The notes under the pieces were generated by a model. It made no database searches. It saw only the letters and a list, made by a program, of their open reading frames with translations, and was not told where the DNA came from. From the NCBI GenBank assembly GCA_002633005.1, contig NMRA01000068.1, positions 346,453 to 410,452 on the forward strand: 64,000 nt of DNA. Direction: 5' to 3'. The translations under genes and the position numbers were made by a program. This stretch comes from Phoronis australis (lineage: Eukaryota; Animalia; Phoronida). Below, in pieces: positions 1 through 13,789 of the stretch (positions are counted from its first letter, which is position 1; each line of letters starts with the position of its first letter).

Positions 1-493
1 TGTCAGCTGTCTTCCTTATAGTAAGCACATACACGCCAATTTTCACAATCATCCTTTGAGCGGTTTGGTTGATAGAGGGGTGGACGCAAAAATACAGACT
101 CGAAAACAGTAAAAATGGCCACTAGGTGGCGCAAACTACGTCGAATCCATCTGAAAACAGTAGGATAGCGTCATCTCACTAATAGGTGCCTACATACCAA
201 ATTTCATGAAAATCCGTTCAGGACTTTTGAAGATACAAAGGTAAGCGTAAAAAACTAAAATTGCCACTAGGGGGCACACCGGTAGTCGGATCCGTCCGAA
301 AGTTCTCACATGCCGTCCCATTCATGAATGGAACATATGTGCCAAATTTCATGAACGTATGTCAAAGGGTTTTGGAGATAGAGCAGCGGACGCCGGACGC
401 CAGACGCCGGACGGACGCCGCCCGGACGGACGGACGGACGGACAGAGATGACGGCATAATGCGTCCACATATAAATATGTGGGCGCATAAAAA
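1..493 (-). mobile_element. Non-autonomous Helentron/HINE-like element, 5' part (runs off the left edge)
   Basis: Reverse complement begins TTTTTATGCGCCCACATATTTATATGTGGACGCAT (subTIR plus inverted repeat), then a (GTCC)n microsatellite and ~150-bp subunits. Confidence 0.8.
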
Positions 494-959
494 TCACAGA
501 ATATTATCCTGGCTATTCTCACAAGGTATAACAACTTAGTGTTGACCTATGTCTAGATCAACTGAAGTCCTCATATTGTCCAAGACCAATTTCTTGATAA
601 TTTTTTTGCAGATACTCCCAGGGCATATATCTTTGAAAAAACATGGACGTTTGAATTCTAAAATTATCCGGTCTAGTGGAAAACGGGCACCAAAGCCATA
701 TCTAAATTTTCAGCAACTAACTCCAACTTTTGGGGACAACCACAATGATGCGTATCAGCACGCCTGGTTTCAAACTGTGCACCGTATACACATCAACACA
801 CGAGCATATATTTTTTACTTTCAAATATTCGCCTGGGCATACATTAGGGTTTAACTTTCAGCCCCCAAACGGATATTTTCCGATTGTATACCTAGGCTTT
901 TCTCCAGAGAGAGCGAGAAAATTAAACTGATTTTTTAAATCATATAAAACAATACATTG

Positions 960-1640
960 TTATATGACTGGGTAGCCAGCAAAGGCAGGTGATAGCTGAC
1001 CTCCGTGTAACAATAAATTAAGAAGACAATAACAACTAAGAAGAACTATGAAATTAACATCAGAAAAAAGCAAATCTACATCGAAATAAAATGCAATGCA
1101 AGATTATTTAAAAAACGTCAATCAAATGTATTTTACAATGATTTGTAAACAGGGACTATGGATGCAAAGGAAATTGCACGGTTGAAAAAGGATATGTCTA
1201 AGATGTAAGATAGGTGATCACGGTTACTTTAATAAGAAGATGCATAACAATATATAACATTGCATTGAGAGCTGTAAGTGCTTAATATGTATAAGATGTA
1301 GAACTCTGTAAGACATGCGTGTTGATTTTGTATCTTACATATCTTGGAAGGACACATTTATTTATCAAATCTGAGATTTTAAACATTAATGAATATCCAT
1401 GACTTTTTCTGTTACTGGTGGGTAGTTTTAAGATGGGTTGTTGACTGGTTATTCTTGGAAGATCTCGTGGTGACTAATGGTATGGGAAAATTGCAATCTG
1501 AAAGCAAATGGGCAACTGCTTATGTTTAATTGTATAAAAGAATTTTAGCCAAGTTTGTCATCATATGTCGTCATTCAAGAAGAAGTGTTCTGTTCTGTTT
1601 AGTAACGTTCATACAAATCTGTCAAAGTTAGATAGAGAGG
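960..1640 (-). mobile_element. Possible decayed LINE (CR1/L2-like) 3' end
   Basis: Only weak resemblance of the minus-strand frames to CR1-type ORF2 C-termini; no clean motif. Confidence 0.2.
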
Positions 1641-1649
1641 ACAATGAAA

Positions 1650-2550
1650 ATATGCCACTAGGGGCATAGCAGTCATCAGATCTGTTCAAATGTCATTGTT
1701 GTCCATTGTCAACTTAATATAAATACACTTGCCAAATTTAATAAATGTCCTGTAGAGGGTTTGGGAGATACAGCCATAGACACAAAAAACTGCCAGTAAG
1801 AGGTGCCACAGAAGTCTGAGTCATCCAAAAACCATCATCAGCCGTCCTCTTCACACCAATTTTCAAAATCTTCCTTAGGGTGGTTGATAGAGGGGCGGAT
1901 GCCACAAACAGACTAGAAAAAGATGGCGCAACAACGTTGAATCCATCCAAAAACAGGAATATGTCATTGTTTCTTCAATAAAAAGCAATTTACTAAAGTT
2001 AATAAAAATCTATCGAGGAACTTCAGAGAAACAGAGGAAAACAGAAAAACTGAAATTTCCCCTAGGGGACACAATGTTCGTTGGATCTGTCTAAACGTCA
2101 TCGACATCTGTTGTCAATTTCATGTAAATACAGTTGCTGCACAGGGTTTAGGAGATACAACCATGGGCGTACAAAAACTGCCACAATAGTTGAAATTGTC
2201 GGAATATAAATTTCAGCCATCCTCTTCACAGTAGGAACATAGTACACGCCAATTTTCACAATCATCCTAAAGTGGTGTGGTTGACGGAAGGGTGGATGCC
2301 AAAAAACAGACTTGAAAACAGAGAAAACAGCCACTAGGAGGCGCAAAATACCTCAAATCCATCTGGAAACTGAAGGATAGCATCATCTCACTCATAGACA
2401 CCTAGATGTCAAATTTTATGAAAATCGGTAGAGGACCTCTGAAGATACAGGGGTAAATGTAAAAAATAAACTTGCCACTAGGGGGCACACCTGTTGTCGC
2501 TCATGTCAGGACATCCATGAAAAGAACGTATCTGGAAAATTTTATGAACA
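1650..2550 (-). mobile_element. Diverged HINE family copy (internal subunits)
   Basis: Subunit landmarks gccactaggggc (1654), gccactaggaggcgc (2330) and gccactagggggcac (2474) align with the other copies. Confidence 0.75.
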
Positions 2551-3476
2551 TGCATTGTGGTTCTAACACATATTTTTATTACATCTTAAGAAGAGCATGC
2601 ACACATCCAGACTAAAAAATGGGGGGGGGCTTAAATTTTTGAGAATATGGACCTTTTACTAAGATTCATGGGGTACTTTCAGAGCTATGAATTGTGCATT
2701 TGCTGACTTTTGGTAGTTCTTGCCTTCTTAGTGGACATTTGTTTTGTTTTTCTTACTTTTTTTCGGAGTTTTTGTTTCTCTGAGGTGAATTTTTTTGCCC
2801 ACTTTGCCAAAACTAGTTTTTAACAGGAGCACAAACAATACTCTTGATCTTCAGATAAATAGTCAGTAATTTCTAAATCCGAGCCATGAGAACAGAGATT
2901 AAATATGAAACTAAACCGAACCGAAAAAGTGCAACAGTTGCAGCCCTGGGATCTACCCAATAACCATGATACCATGCCTCTAGCCTTGCCAACTCTGAAC
3001 AATCTAAACACAAAATATATAAGCGAGTGAAAAATTGCTTTGACAATGACACAATTATATTCTGATGGGATATAAGTTCACAGTTCTCATAACCAGGGTG
3101 TTCCATCGAAACAGGAACCCGGTGAAAACAGATACTACAGGATATCTGTTTTACACCGGGATTCCTGCTTCTATGAAACACCCCGTAACCAATAAAACAA
3201 ATGTTAATTGCAGAGACCACTCAGCTAGATAGACAAAATGGACTTTAAAATTGATGTTAGTTACATATAACATACAGGCAAGTACTCACACCATACACAT
3301 CTTGCCTTTCTGCTGATCCCAGCCACATATTTTCCAGGACCTTGATAGCATGATTTTATCAACCAAATTCAAACCAGTAAACACATATTGTTGCTAGAAA
3401 GCTAACCACATAATTGAGCAGTCAGATGTAACTATGTAGCGACATGTTACTATGCAGTGATCAATACACTGCTTAC

Positions 3477-3716
3477 CATAAAAAGAAGGCAACCAAGGAT
3501 CTCCTTCGCAGTCGGGGAGTTCTGACTAGATCAACAACAGTATATGTCTGGCTAGATTTCCCATCCTTTTTTTCAATCACCTTACTCGTCATCTCGTTGT
3601 CAAAAACATCTTCCGGAAACTGAACTTTGTTGAATCTGGCAGCCTGTATGAAAATTTTTTTTGCTTCATCAAGCCTCTGGTTTGCAAGCAGCCAGCGTGG
3701 TGACTCAGGCAGAATC
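3477..3716 (-). CDS. SLC22-like transporter, coding exon 4 (gene continues beyond the left edge)
   Basis: aaacag|G acceptor completes the Trp codon; encodes ILPESPRWLLANQRLDEAKKIF...DLVRTPRLRRRSLVAFFLW; TG|gtaagc donor. PESPRWL is a hallmark SLC22 motif. No C-terminal-half exons were found in 1-3476. Confidence 0.94.
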
Positions 3717-4581
3717 CTGTTTAAGTGAAGTTAGGAAAGAAACATCAGAGACAAGGACCATCAATTAGACATACCTTAATAGAACATTTTGAGACATAAC
3801 AGCATGAAACAGTCCCAACAGGAACTCAACTAAGTTCCCCTAAATTTTGAGAGCATGTGTAGAGGTTGTTTACACACTGAAGTTACATATTTTTCTATGA
3901 TTTTAGCTTCATTGTGATCTCCTTTCTTGCTTATTACATTTTCTAATAACTAAAAACTGAGCCTATAATTCAATGAAAATAAATAGTCCTCAAATTGGAG
4001 GCGCTGCATGGAAAGGTTCCTACAAATAATTGTCAACAACATTAAGACAAGCAACAAATTTATTTTCGCTCAGTGTGTATCAATGCTAAAACTTGACATG
4101 ATGTTTCGCGAGATTTGTCCAAGAATGAATTTTTTCTATTGGAATTAATTTTGAGTGTCCGAAAATCGCGCGACTTTCCCGTAGCAATAGAAATAAAATA
4201 CCAGAGAAAAGGACAATCATCATTTGCACAAAGTCCACAAGAAACATAGTCGAGTCCCTATAAGCATTATTTCATGCAACCAGCCACAGGTGTTTTGATG
4301 TAACTAAATGACACTTTTTCATTGTGAAACACTAAAACAAATAAGCTGGCATCAGTACAAAGACATAAACCCCAAGCCCTAGGCCCATTTTGACACTTTT
4401 TGACAGTTTTATGAAAAGCATCCACACAATGTTGAGTTAAGCTAGTGACTCAATACGTGACTCATGAACAAACTTAAGCAGAAACATGTCTGCCTTCAAA
4501 AATTTCTTTACCAAATGGAAAGCAAAGCCCAGTATGTTAGTGTTAGAAAAAGAATAGCATAAAGCATACAATAAGCCATAC

Positions 4582-4778
4582 CACATCTGAAACACCAACA
4601 AGACGTAAGGGACACAGATGACTAACTGTATGTAGCGCCAGTCTTTGAGCAGATAACAAACAAGGGATAGCCACATGACCCCAAACGACCACACTATGGT
4701 CCCAGCTGTACCACACACAGTTCGGAACTTTGAGGGCATCAGCTCAATCAGCAAAACATAGGACGCAGACTGCAGGCC
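4582..4778 (-). CDS. SLC22-like transporter, coding exon 3
   Basis: tttag|GGC acceptor and TG|gtatgg donor (phase 2). Encodes GLQSASYVLLIELMPSKFR...KDWRYIQL...; the ELxP..R and WRxxQ motifs are typical of SLC22. Confidence 0.94.
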
Positions 4779-5957
4779 CTAAACAAAAACAATGCAAAAA
4801 CAATGGTACCATCCTAACAAGAAGGCACTTCAATCATAGAATGGTCACCATTTGTCAGCATTTCATGGTTTATTTTTTGAATCTCGGGACTTCCAAACCT
4901 GTCACACTTAAGGTTACACGAGAGCCCATAAAAATGTCCAAACATGGTTCACTTTGGAACATCCTATCTCAGAAATGATTGATTAGATTTAAATAAAACT
5001 TTCTTACAAACTTTGAGCATTGTTCAAAAAACGCTGATAGAAATTGTTTTCAAAGTGTTCCATTTTGGCATGAAGGTCTCTCAAAAATTATTACTTTCAG
5101 AATCTTTTGAAAAAAAATCAAAAAGTTGGTCATGTCATTGATACCATTGTTTTGCTAAGAATGTGCTTTTCTTTTCTGTTAAATTTCAATAAAAGACACA
5201 AGACCCAATAGGCCTATACTGAATAAGCACAGCATCACACTCATTTACCCACAATGCAAAACATGTATCAAGCACTAGTCTTGCTTCTTCATAGCAAATT
5301 CATAACTCACTTTTTTGCATCCTTATTATTTTGTAATTCATCATTGCAAGGGAGAGCAAAACTGATTCTGATCATTAATCTTTCCCTTCAGGACTAGAAT
5401 GGCACTTACCACAAAAATGCATATTTCTATGTTTGGGGACAAGGGATTAGAGATAACCGTCAGTAACTGCTTTGCCTGCAGTCTTCAAGTATAGGCTGTC
5501 TTGGCTCATGTACATATAACAGCCCCACCAAAATTCTTATCTTTAAAAAATAAATACCCTTGAAGAATTAAGAGCTATTTGAATAGGAAAGCAACCCAGA
5601 TACTCAGATAAATCTACAAGCAATTCAACACATTGAATAAGTAAGTCTCATTGAATGCCAAACTATTTTCCGCACTCTTAGTTTCAGCAACAACTTCCCG
5701 TATTTCCACGCAACACTTCTAATCCTGCTTCCCAATTTGAACAGGAGACGTCCAACACTAATATATAATACCAAAAGGAGGCATTTTTTTAAAATGATCA
5801 CAGGCATTTAATCTCTCAGTCTGTACTTCGACCTTCTTTGGTCATCTAAGGAGTGACTAATTTGAATAAGTGTCTGACATGCCAACAGGAAGCTGCAGTT
5901 CTTGGATGTAACAAACGAAAGTTATCCCTACTTAGGGAAAGACGTTTTCTGACTTAC

Positions 5958-6188
5958 CTGATACAGCATTCCCTGAGTAAACCTTAAGATCACGAACAGA
6001 ATGAAATCGTGGATGAAGAACAAACCGACTCCCACGGGAATGGGTGCAAGAAGAGTGAATAAAACAATTGGCCGTCGACCAAACCGGTCAGCCAGAGCAC
6101 CAAAGAGCACACCTCCAATCATGACGCCGACAAAGTACACAGAAGAAGCGAGGTCCTTTAAATAACTCCAGTCGCACACCAAATTCCA
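5958..6188 (-). CDS. SLC22-like transporter, coding exon 2
   Basis: tgccag|TGG acceptor and CAG|gtaagt donor; 231 nt, phase 0/0. Encodes WNLVCD...GALADRFGRR (SLC22 WxLVC motif and MFS motif A)...LRFTQGMLYQ. Confidence 0.95.
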
Positions 6189-7019
6189 CTGGCAGAAAAT
6201 AAATTTAATCCATCTAAACAAGACTGAAGACCAAGTCACAAACATATTTTTAGTTACTGAATTAAAAATATAAATATTGCATTGGAGGTTTCTTTCCACA
6301 ATCATAAAGCCAGAGTTCAAATATGGCTGAGAAAATCATATGTAAAAATATTCTCAAAAGAAAATGTGAGGTCTTCAAGTAAACAGGTGTTAAAAAGAAA
6401 GAGCATTTTCAACAGAAATTTCTTATAGTAAACCCCATGGTGCATATTCGGAAAAATGGTATATCATTACTGTTCTAGTACTCCAAATCAAAGCACAGCA
6501 TTTACTTGAAAACAGAGGGCGTATAAATGGAAAATGTGACAGCGAAATTAACATGGAATGAGGACCAGTGAGTGTAGTTAAGAGAGTTTATTGTGAAAAT
6601 GATACTATTTATTTTGCATATGAACCAAAAACATGCCAAAATAAAGCATGTCCTATATTTACTTGCTGGCAGATACTCGAGATAATGAATGCAGTAATAT
6701 GTGCAGCTGTAATAATGTGTTAACTGTCTTGCTCACTCAAAACCTTTTTTACAAAAACAAAATCAAGGTCATGTCAACTGGATGTGGTTGACAAGAGCAG
6801 TATTGTCTTTGAAGTTTCGTTGAAATCACATGGCATGAAGCATTGTGAAAAATACCAAGCCGCAATATCGACGTGCGATGGACCCATACTAGGTAGAATG
6901 CAAAGCCTGTTATTCTTTTAAAGAAACTCTTAGAGAAGGAGTAAGAAATCTAATTGTTTGTAATTTTGCAATCGGCAAAAACTGCAGAACAAACATTATA
7001 CAGCGCTAATGATACACAC

Positions 7020-7352
7020 CTCTGTGACAACAGTTTTCTCCCCTGGTTCGATGTCGTATTCATATCCCATAGGACAGGACACTGTCTCGTTAGATTTGGA
7101 AGAAAGATTCCAATACACGTGACAATGATCATACGTCAAGTTTCCACTAGCATCAGACTTGTGAGGTAAGCTAATGTTTGATAGGAATGTTTCGTTGGGG
7201 ACTGAACAACGATGAGGGGGCGTGACCCCATAGAAGGCCATGATAAGGTGACTGTGATTGACAGGCAGCCAGTTGCAGATGAGGATAAAGAACATCAGCA
7301 CATGGTAAACACCTGGGTCACCAACAAACTTGTACAGGTTGTCCACATTCAT
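7020..7352 (-). CDS. SLC22/organic cation transporter-like protein, coding exon 1 (TM1 + large extracellular loop)
   Basis: MNVDNLYKFVGDPGVYHVLMFF...HRC...DHC...VSCPMGYEYDIEPGEKTVVTE; SLC22-type loop cysteines and several N-x-S/T sites. Acceptor tttcag lies 2 nt before the ATG (implying an upstream non-coding exon); phase-0 donor GAG|gtgtgt at 7020/7019. Confidence 0.92.
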
Positions 7353-8837
7353 TTCTGAAATATGAAATATTAATTAATAAATCAAATAAATGCTGGAATG
7401 CCATGCAGTTGCAGACGAATAAGAATATAAAATAGTAAAGAAAAGCGACGAGTGTCGGTACTAAAATATATTAAAATATTCCCCACCTTTTGAGCGATGC
7501 GCTCTTTGTCAAGGGTATGATTGATACAGACTGCCGAACTGACGGCTACAAATAAAATCACACAGGTGACTACATGGTAGTATACAATAGACAGCATATT
7601 AATTAGGTCTAGTGACTACTTTAATTTGTAGACCTCGTACTTATCAATAAACTGAGGCACTACTTTCACTAATCCAGTCATTCTCATCACAACCCCATTC
7701 TTGAACTTTTTGTGTCATGCGACCCCAGTTGAAGCCCTATCATTATGAGTTTTTGGGTACATCCTTCCAATTTGAAGATCCGTCCTTGCCATTTCAGAAC
7801 CAAGGCTGTCAGTTAACTCGCAATTTTCCAAACTTTGTGACGTGTTTTCAAAGGTCTAAACTTCTGAACATTGACAATGGTTACAGAGCTACCATTATTT
7901 TTGTCAGCAATTTACATGACCTAGTAATAGTTAACAAGTATCAACACTGAACTGAACTAGAGTTTTAAATGACCAAATCACAAAAGTGGTCAAATAATGC
8001 AGTTCATTTACAAAAACTGAGAGGTTAACCTAACAAAGAAGAAGAGCAATAGGACTTGTAAGGGAAACACAAATTTTAGACAACTTAAGAAACAACAGAC
8101 ATGCCGAAAAAAAGTTTTTAAGCCATATTCAGAATGACAAGTCAACAAACACGTAAAGAGAAGCCACAATAGCCTCAATTCTAAAAGCATGAGGAGACAT
8201 ACAATAGCCTCCTTTATATACCATGTACCAATGCTATGTACATCTTGAAGATATAACAACACAATGTAATCTCCAATGCCTACAATAAAACAGTATTCTA
8301 GGGAATTTACTTATGGTATGAATGGACACAGTGGAATCAAAGAGACCAGTGAGGCCAAGGCAGCAACTCATCAATTTTAACAAAATGCTCTACCTTTTGC
8401 TTACTAGGAAACATGCAACTCATCAATATCCACAATGAAGAACAGACTATTGCCTAGTAACACATTAACAGGCAGAGTATGGTTGGCTAAACACATTTCC
8501 AACATAATGGACTCTGAGTACAGAAACAACATGACGTTTTTGAAATAACCCACACAGTATTGATTTCGTAGGAACATCTCCAGTATCACTGATGTGATCT
8601 AATTACAATGAAATTCAGCTTACTTAGCTGATGTTTTGAACTTAGTCTCAAGTTTTCCTTACCATGATAGTCAAAACAGGTATTGTTGAGTAGTGTCTAT
8701 CAAGTATTATTTTAGATGACCACCAAATATCTTCATTGCTGTTTAAGTGACCACAGTGTCGTACGTAAAAATGGCTATTCTCTTCTGACACTCCAGTTTT
8801 GTCCAACTTCAATCGCCCTGCATCCATTTCCGATTAT

Positions 8838-9880
8838 TGGCGACGTGGATGGAAGAATGCTTTATGGACTAGTGATTTGCTTGGTGTTGGGTTTATGTAC
8901 TGTGAAGATGTCAACTGTAGGCCACTTGGGAGTTTTTGAGGTGGGAACTGAAACATTCTTGCAGTGGTGTTCTGTGAAGACAATTTATTTCGGCGAATGT
9001 TATAGCCGAAGAACATCAACGGCTGGTTTTTTGATCGACAATAGGCTCTGAAGCTTTTGATATATTGTCTATTTATGCTTACCTGACATTCTTGAAAGTA
9101 AAAGTCTGGTAGTAGGTGTTGAGAAAATATTATGAACCTAGAAATCTGAATATGACTGAGCGTTTCAAATTCTACAAGACTGAGCAAGCAGTTTCGGAGA
9201 ACATAAATGACTTTATAGTTCCTTTGATAAAGCTGCCAATGAAGTTTGAATTTGGGGAATTCCTTGACGAAGCGCGGAGGGACAAGTTTGTGTGTGGTCT
9301 CCGCAGTGATGCAATGCAAAAAATTGCTAACTGAACCAAACGTAACTTTTCTGAAAGCTAGGGACGTGGTCCAAGCTGTTGAGGTGGTAAGTACAACAAA
9401 CAAGACAGCTGCAAGATGAATTGTTCGAGGTGTGACGGTAATCACAGACAGGAAGATTGTGTTATTATTGCAAGCATGTAGAGCACCTGGATAGAATGAT
9501 TTCTTAAAAAAACAGGATAAGAGCAAGAGCAATGCGGAGCATTGAAATGCACCCACGAATGCACTACAAACGGTGTGCTTCTAAGGGTGTTTATTTGGAA
9601 CACAGAAATGACCACTAAAAAGCACTTTTTCTATGATTCAGTAAATAAGATGGCACTTATGCAGTGCAAGATGTCTGCGTCTGAAACTTGAATGGAATTC
9701 AGCAAAATGGGCAAGACCATTAAATATTGTTTATTCAACAGAAATCGTAAAGGTGTCGATCTTTGGTACACTGATGCTATACTATAGCATATTCAGTGTA
9801 TGAGGCACTGGTTGCTGACTTAGAGAACTAATCACTGAACAACAGGCTTGTTATTCATGGAAGGAAACTGGTTCTTTAAT
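8838..9880 (+). mobile_element. Decayed Ty3/Gypsy LTR retrotransposon: PBS, gag and protease remnant
   Basis: PBS-like TGGCGACGTGGATGGAA at 8838; MSTVGHLGVFE...; ERFKFYK...EFGEFLDEARRDKFVCGLRSDAMQK; two zinc knuckles (CSRCDGNHRQEDC, CYYCKHVEH); frameshifted. Confidence 0.8.
9522..9625 (-). mobile_element. HINE 3'-end fragment inside the Gypsy remnant
   Basis: Reverse complement contains GTGGGTGCATTTCAATGCTCCGCATTGCTCTTG, i.e. the 3' subTIR and hairpin seen at 38270-38304. Confidence 0.75.
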
Positions 9881-10186
9881 TAAGGGCCTGCCAATGTGAC
9901 CTCAGATTGTATTTGGCGACCTGGGAAAAAATCCGAAGTCGCCACGAAGTTGTCATTGCAAGTATCTAAATCAGGCAAAAGTTCTGAAATTCGTTTCAAA
10001 GTTACATATATTTTTATGGGGAGAAATTGAAGACGTATACGTGCGTAACATTCTGAGAATGGCAAATAACACACCGTTTTTATTTTTTAGTTTATGATTT
10101 TGACAACAATTTTAGTGATCCCAGATTTTGTTTGGTGACCTGGGTTTTTCGCCAAGTCCCCAAATGCGACTTGGCGTCCAGCCATG
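9881..10186. mobile_element. Possible hAT-type MITE remnant
   Basis: Repeated GGCGACCTGGG / GTCGCCA subterminal-type motifs resembling those of 59245-60662; termini match only weakly. Confidence 0.3.
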
Positions 10187-13100
10187 CATCGGACACTGTA
10201 TCGCTATTTTCTGAATCCTCTCGTCATGACGAAATAAATGAAAAATAATGAAAATGTTATTAAAAACACCAATTTCCGGGGACTCCCGCTACGGCTAGTG
10301 CTGTGATCTAGCAGGTGCCGAGACAAAGGAGGTCAGACGAGTGAAACTCCAGAGTCAAAATCAGATAGACCTATACTATACTGTAGCCACGGAACTGAAA
10401 AGTATGTATCTTGGATCAAATGTATTTGTGTTTAACCTTCGAGTAATCGAACAACATTGCCAAGTTCAGCTGCTCGTGTGCCCGTCCACAGTTTGATCTA
10501 TCATTTACACCGTTTGACATCCCTTTTCTGCTTAGGGAATGTCCAAAAAGTGACGAAGTATTCTTCTCGAGCTGAATAACAGCAGTCGGAATTACACACG
10601 CCATAACAACACCGTTTCACCACTCTTATTGCACAATTGCTTGAGCTGTAGACTAAAATAAGCTTTAGCTGACAACCTGTTGTTCGTCACATAAAATGAC
10701 GGCATGGAAACGCAAACAAAGGTGCCGAAAGAATGCTGCATTGTGATTGGTCAGTTAAGCCGTCACTTTGGCGATAGGAAAATTAGGCAATCCTAACAAA
10801 CCTGACCTGAAAGGTTAGGGGTCACATTCATCTCAGTTCCAGTGTTCACGACACACTTATGGAATCCTGTACTATAAACCACTCAACCCTCCAATGGCAA
10901 ATTATGTCTGGCTGATTTTCAAAATGTCCCGACAGATTTTGACACTTCAGGACAAATGTCCAAGACCTAGAGAAAATAGCAAAAACTCTGCATAACAGCA
11001 AACGGATGATTGAAGACAGCGTCAGTGTCCCGCTTTTTTAGTAGGGAGGTCATTGGAAGTCGCTTAAATTGCTCTGCCACAGTGTAAATTTTGCCTGCGT
11101 TAAAGTGTAGATTTTAGGTAAAAATTAATTAAAAACTATCGATTTTATAGTTATTAATCATTTTACATATCATCTAAATGCAAAATCTTGCCTTACTTAG
11201 GGAATATCATATTAGCCATTTGTGAAGTCACAGCGGAAGTGGTTGTGAAAATAATTAAAGTTTTCTACTACAAATGGGAACTCTTTAGGCAAGGAGATAA
11301 TATTAATGGAAAGATCACAGCCTTGGTACTAACCAGCTAAAATTTTAAAACACAGCTACCCAAGCTCAAACAAAACCCAATCCAGGTGCCCAGCAATCAC
11401 TCATATTGACAAGATGCCAGCAGGCGTGTACCAAAATTGCGGGTAGGCGGTACTTTTTCAGCAAGTTTTGCAGGACCTGCGGAAGATCCAATAAATTTCC
11501 ATTTCGACCCCACAAAATGCCCACTTCAGAAAAAACTGTCCCGCAAAAGGGGGTAGGAGTAGCAGACTTAGTACCCACAATAGGGGTCTCTCTCATCAAT
11601 TTTTTGCTACAAACCTGCAGGCCCCTTGCCAATATAAGTACCCCCCGGGTCTAGGTGTTCTTCCCTGGTAGCCTGATTGCATCCTCAAAGCAGGCTCTCC
11701 CCAGGAGTATAAGTAAAACTAACATCCGGTAAACCATAAAACAAATCACAAGACACCACAGAAAGGTCATGGATGAATGATAACGACGATTAAAGCAATT
11801 ATCCTGCCCTTAAGTAAAAACTGAATGCAACTTCATGGAATGAAGATGACTTGTCCTTTTATGAATAATTTTAACATAGGAATTGACAATTTGTGTCTTT
11901 TCAGACTCAACTTTATGCTAAGAGTTTATTGACTAACATAAAATTGAAAACTTAACTGCTGAACTCTGTGGCAACCCTTGACCATTTTCTAAACGTCTAT
12001 GTATTAAAATGTCTGATTGCGTGGCTGTGTTGTGACCTAGGGACAGGGTAATTCATGACCACTTTCACTGAAATGATATTATGTTACAAATGTCCATCGC
12101 TCCTGCAGATACATTGCTGCCGAAGGTACAGTGGGAGTTAGCCCTATCAGATTTTTAGAACTTCCTATGACCCCCATCGTGACACCACAGACAAAGTTTG
12201 GGGGAGGTTGGGCTGGCCTCCTCCCCGTGTGTGGACAAGACCAAAAAATGGCTGTCACCAATATGCCACTTACATCCTATTTGCCTTCCGAGATTTTCTA
12301 GACTTGCCACTGGACACATGCAATTGATTCATGTGTTCTCTAAATAATTTGGTCTTGTCACAGGAGGAAGCAGGGCGGCCACTGGCCTCCCCACTTTACA
12401 GCCATTTGTACGTTTTCTCATCAAAACCCTGATCTGTTGCATTTTTTTCAGATTTTCACCAACTAACTCAATACTATTACCATGTCGGATGACCTTGTCC
12501 TGGATGACTGTGCATCAATGGTATAAATGGAGCCATGATTGCAAGGGAAGCCGCTCCCAACTAATGATTAAAATACTGAGTGCTATATTTGTTGACTGTA
12601 TGACTAATGCTCAGAGACTTACTGAATATATATTAATTAATACTTACCTTTTCACTTTTCTGCTTTGTCATAATATTAATCTGCACATTGACATACATTC
12701 ATGTAAATAACCCTAGACTTTTATAACTATTCATGCACATTATGTTGACAGTGGCATAGCTAGGGTGCAGGGAGTGTAGTCATTGATGTTGGAGTGGTGA
12801 TGATAATATTGCTAAGACAATCTTTTCTGTTGTTTAAATTACTTTCTGCACCCACTAGGCTATGGAGGTATGTTTTATATTCAGATGTTAAGAGTTTTGA
12901 TATTAAGCTAAACATTTTGCATAGTTTATTTTTGTTAAGTTTTGATACATCAGGTTTTAAGAACGATACCTAAGAAGGTAACTAATTATATAGTTTTTGC
13001 CGACAGTGGTATATCTAGGGGGCAGGGAGTGCAGAAGACCTAGAGCGCGTGTTAGACCCTAGCTGGTTACGCCAAACATGTGACAACCAAGGGGGGTACC

Positions 13101-13789
13101 GACAGGATGGGGGGCAAGGTCTCTGTCTATTGCCTTGTTATGCCAGTGGTTGTTATGATTTTTTGTTTAAGATGATAACCATGGACGTTGTCATTAACTT
13201 AAGATAAGACTTCAGTAAAAGGTCATATCACCAAGGGTTTTTCATCACCACTATTTTTTTGGCTCAAGATTGTAGTATCCAAAGAAGTCTATTCTATTTT
13301 TTAGAATCCATAGGTGATGCTTGCTCAGCATATGATAACATCTGATTAATTTTTAGTTGAAATTTTCAAGGTCTCTCTAAATCAGGGAAAGCTGTATCCG
13401 ACCAGTGCCGGTAAAAGCGGCAGACAGCTTTCTGAAAAATGTCACTGTCAGCTTCAAATATTTTATTCTACCATTTTCTGGCATAGAGCCTTGAAAATTC
13501 ACCACATTACTTCCCATGTGCTCTACTTCCCAGGAAAATTAAACAAAAAATATACTGACCACTTTTTTAAAAATCGGTTGACCTACACCTGTATTTTCAG
13601 TTTCGAACAGCCTAACACTGCTAGGCCCTAACAGTAACACTGCCACTGGCGAAATGAAAAAAATGAATTTGACCAATAGACATGTGAACTAAATATCACA
13701 TCTTTTTTCAACTTGTTTGGCATGAATTTTTAGTTTATAAAATATGCCTGCGTTTTCAAAATCGATTTAAATACACATAGTTTCTGCTG

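Noticed and set aside
261-539. Recurrent short ORFs (MPLGGTPVVGSVRK..., also 16267, 37011, 55694)
   Set aside because: They are readings of the HINE 5' end and microsatellite; lengths and frames vary between copies and no domain is recognisable.
8834-9556. 240-aa minus-strand ORF
   Set aside because: Antisense shadow of the Gypsy gag remnant, starting within a HINE fragment.
12750-13148. Two CAGTGG(C/T)ATA(G/T)CTAGGG starts resembling small hAT MITEs
   Set aside because: Too degraded; no TSD and only one weak right end.
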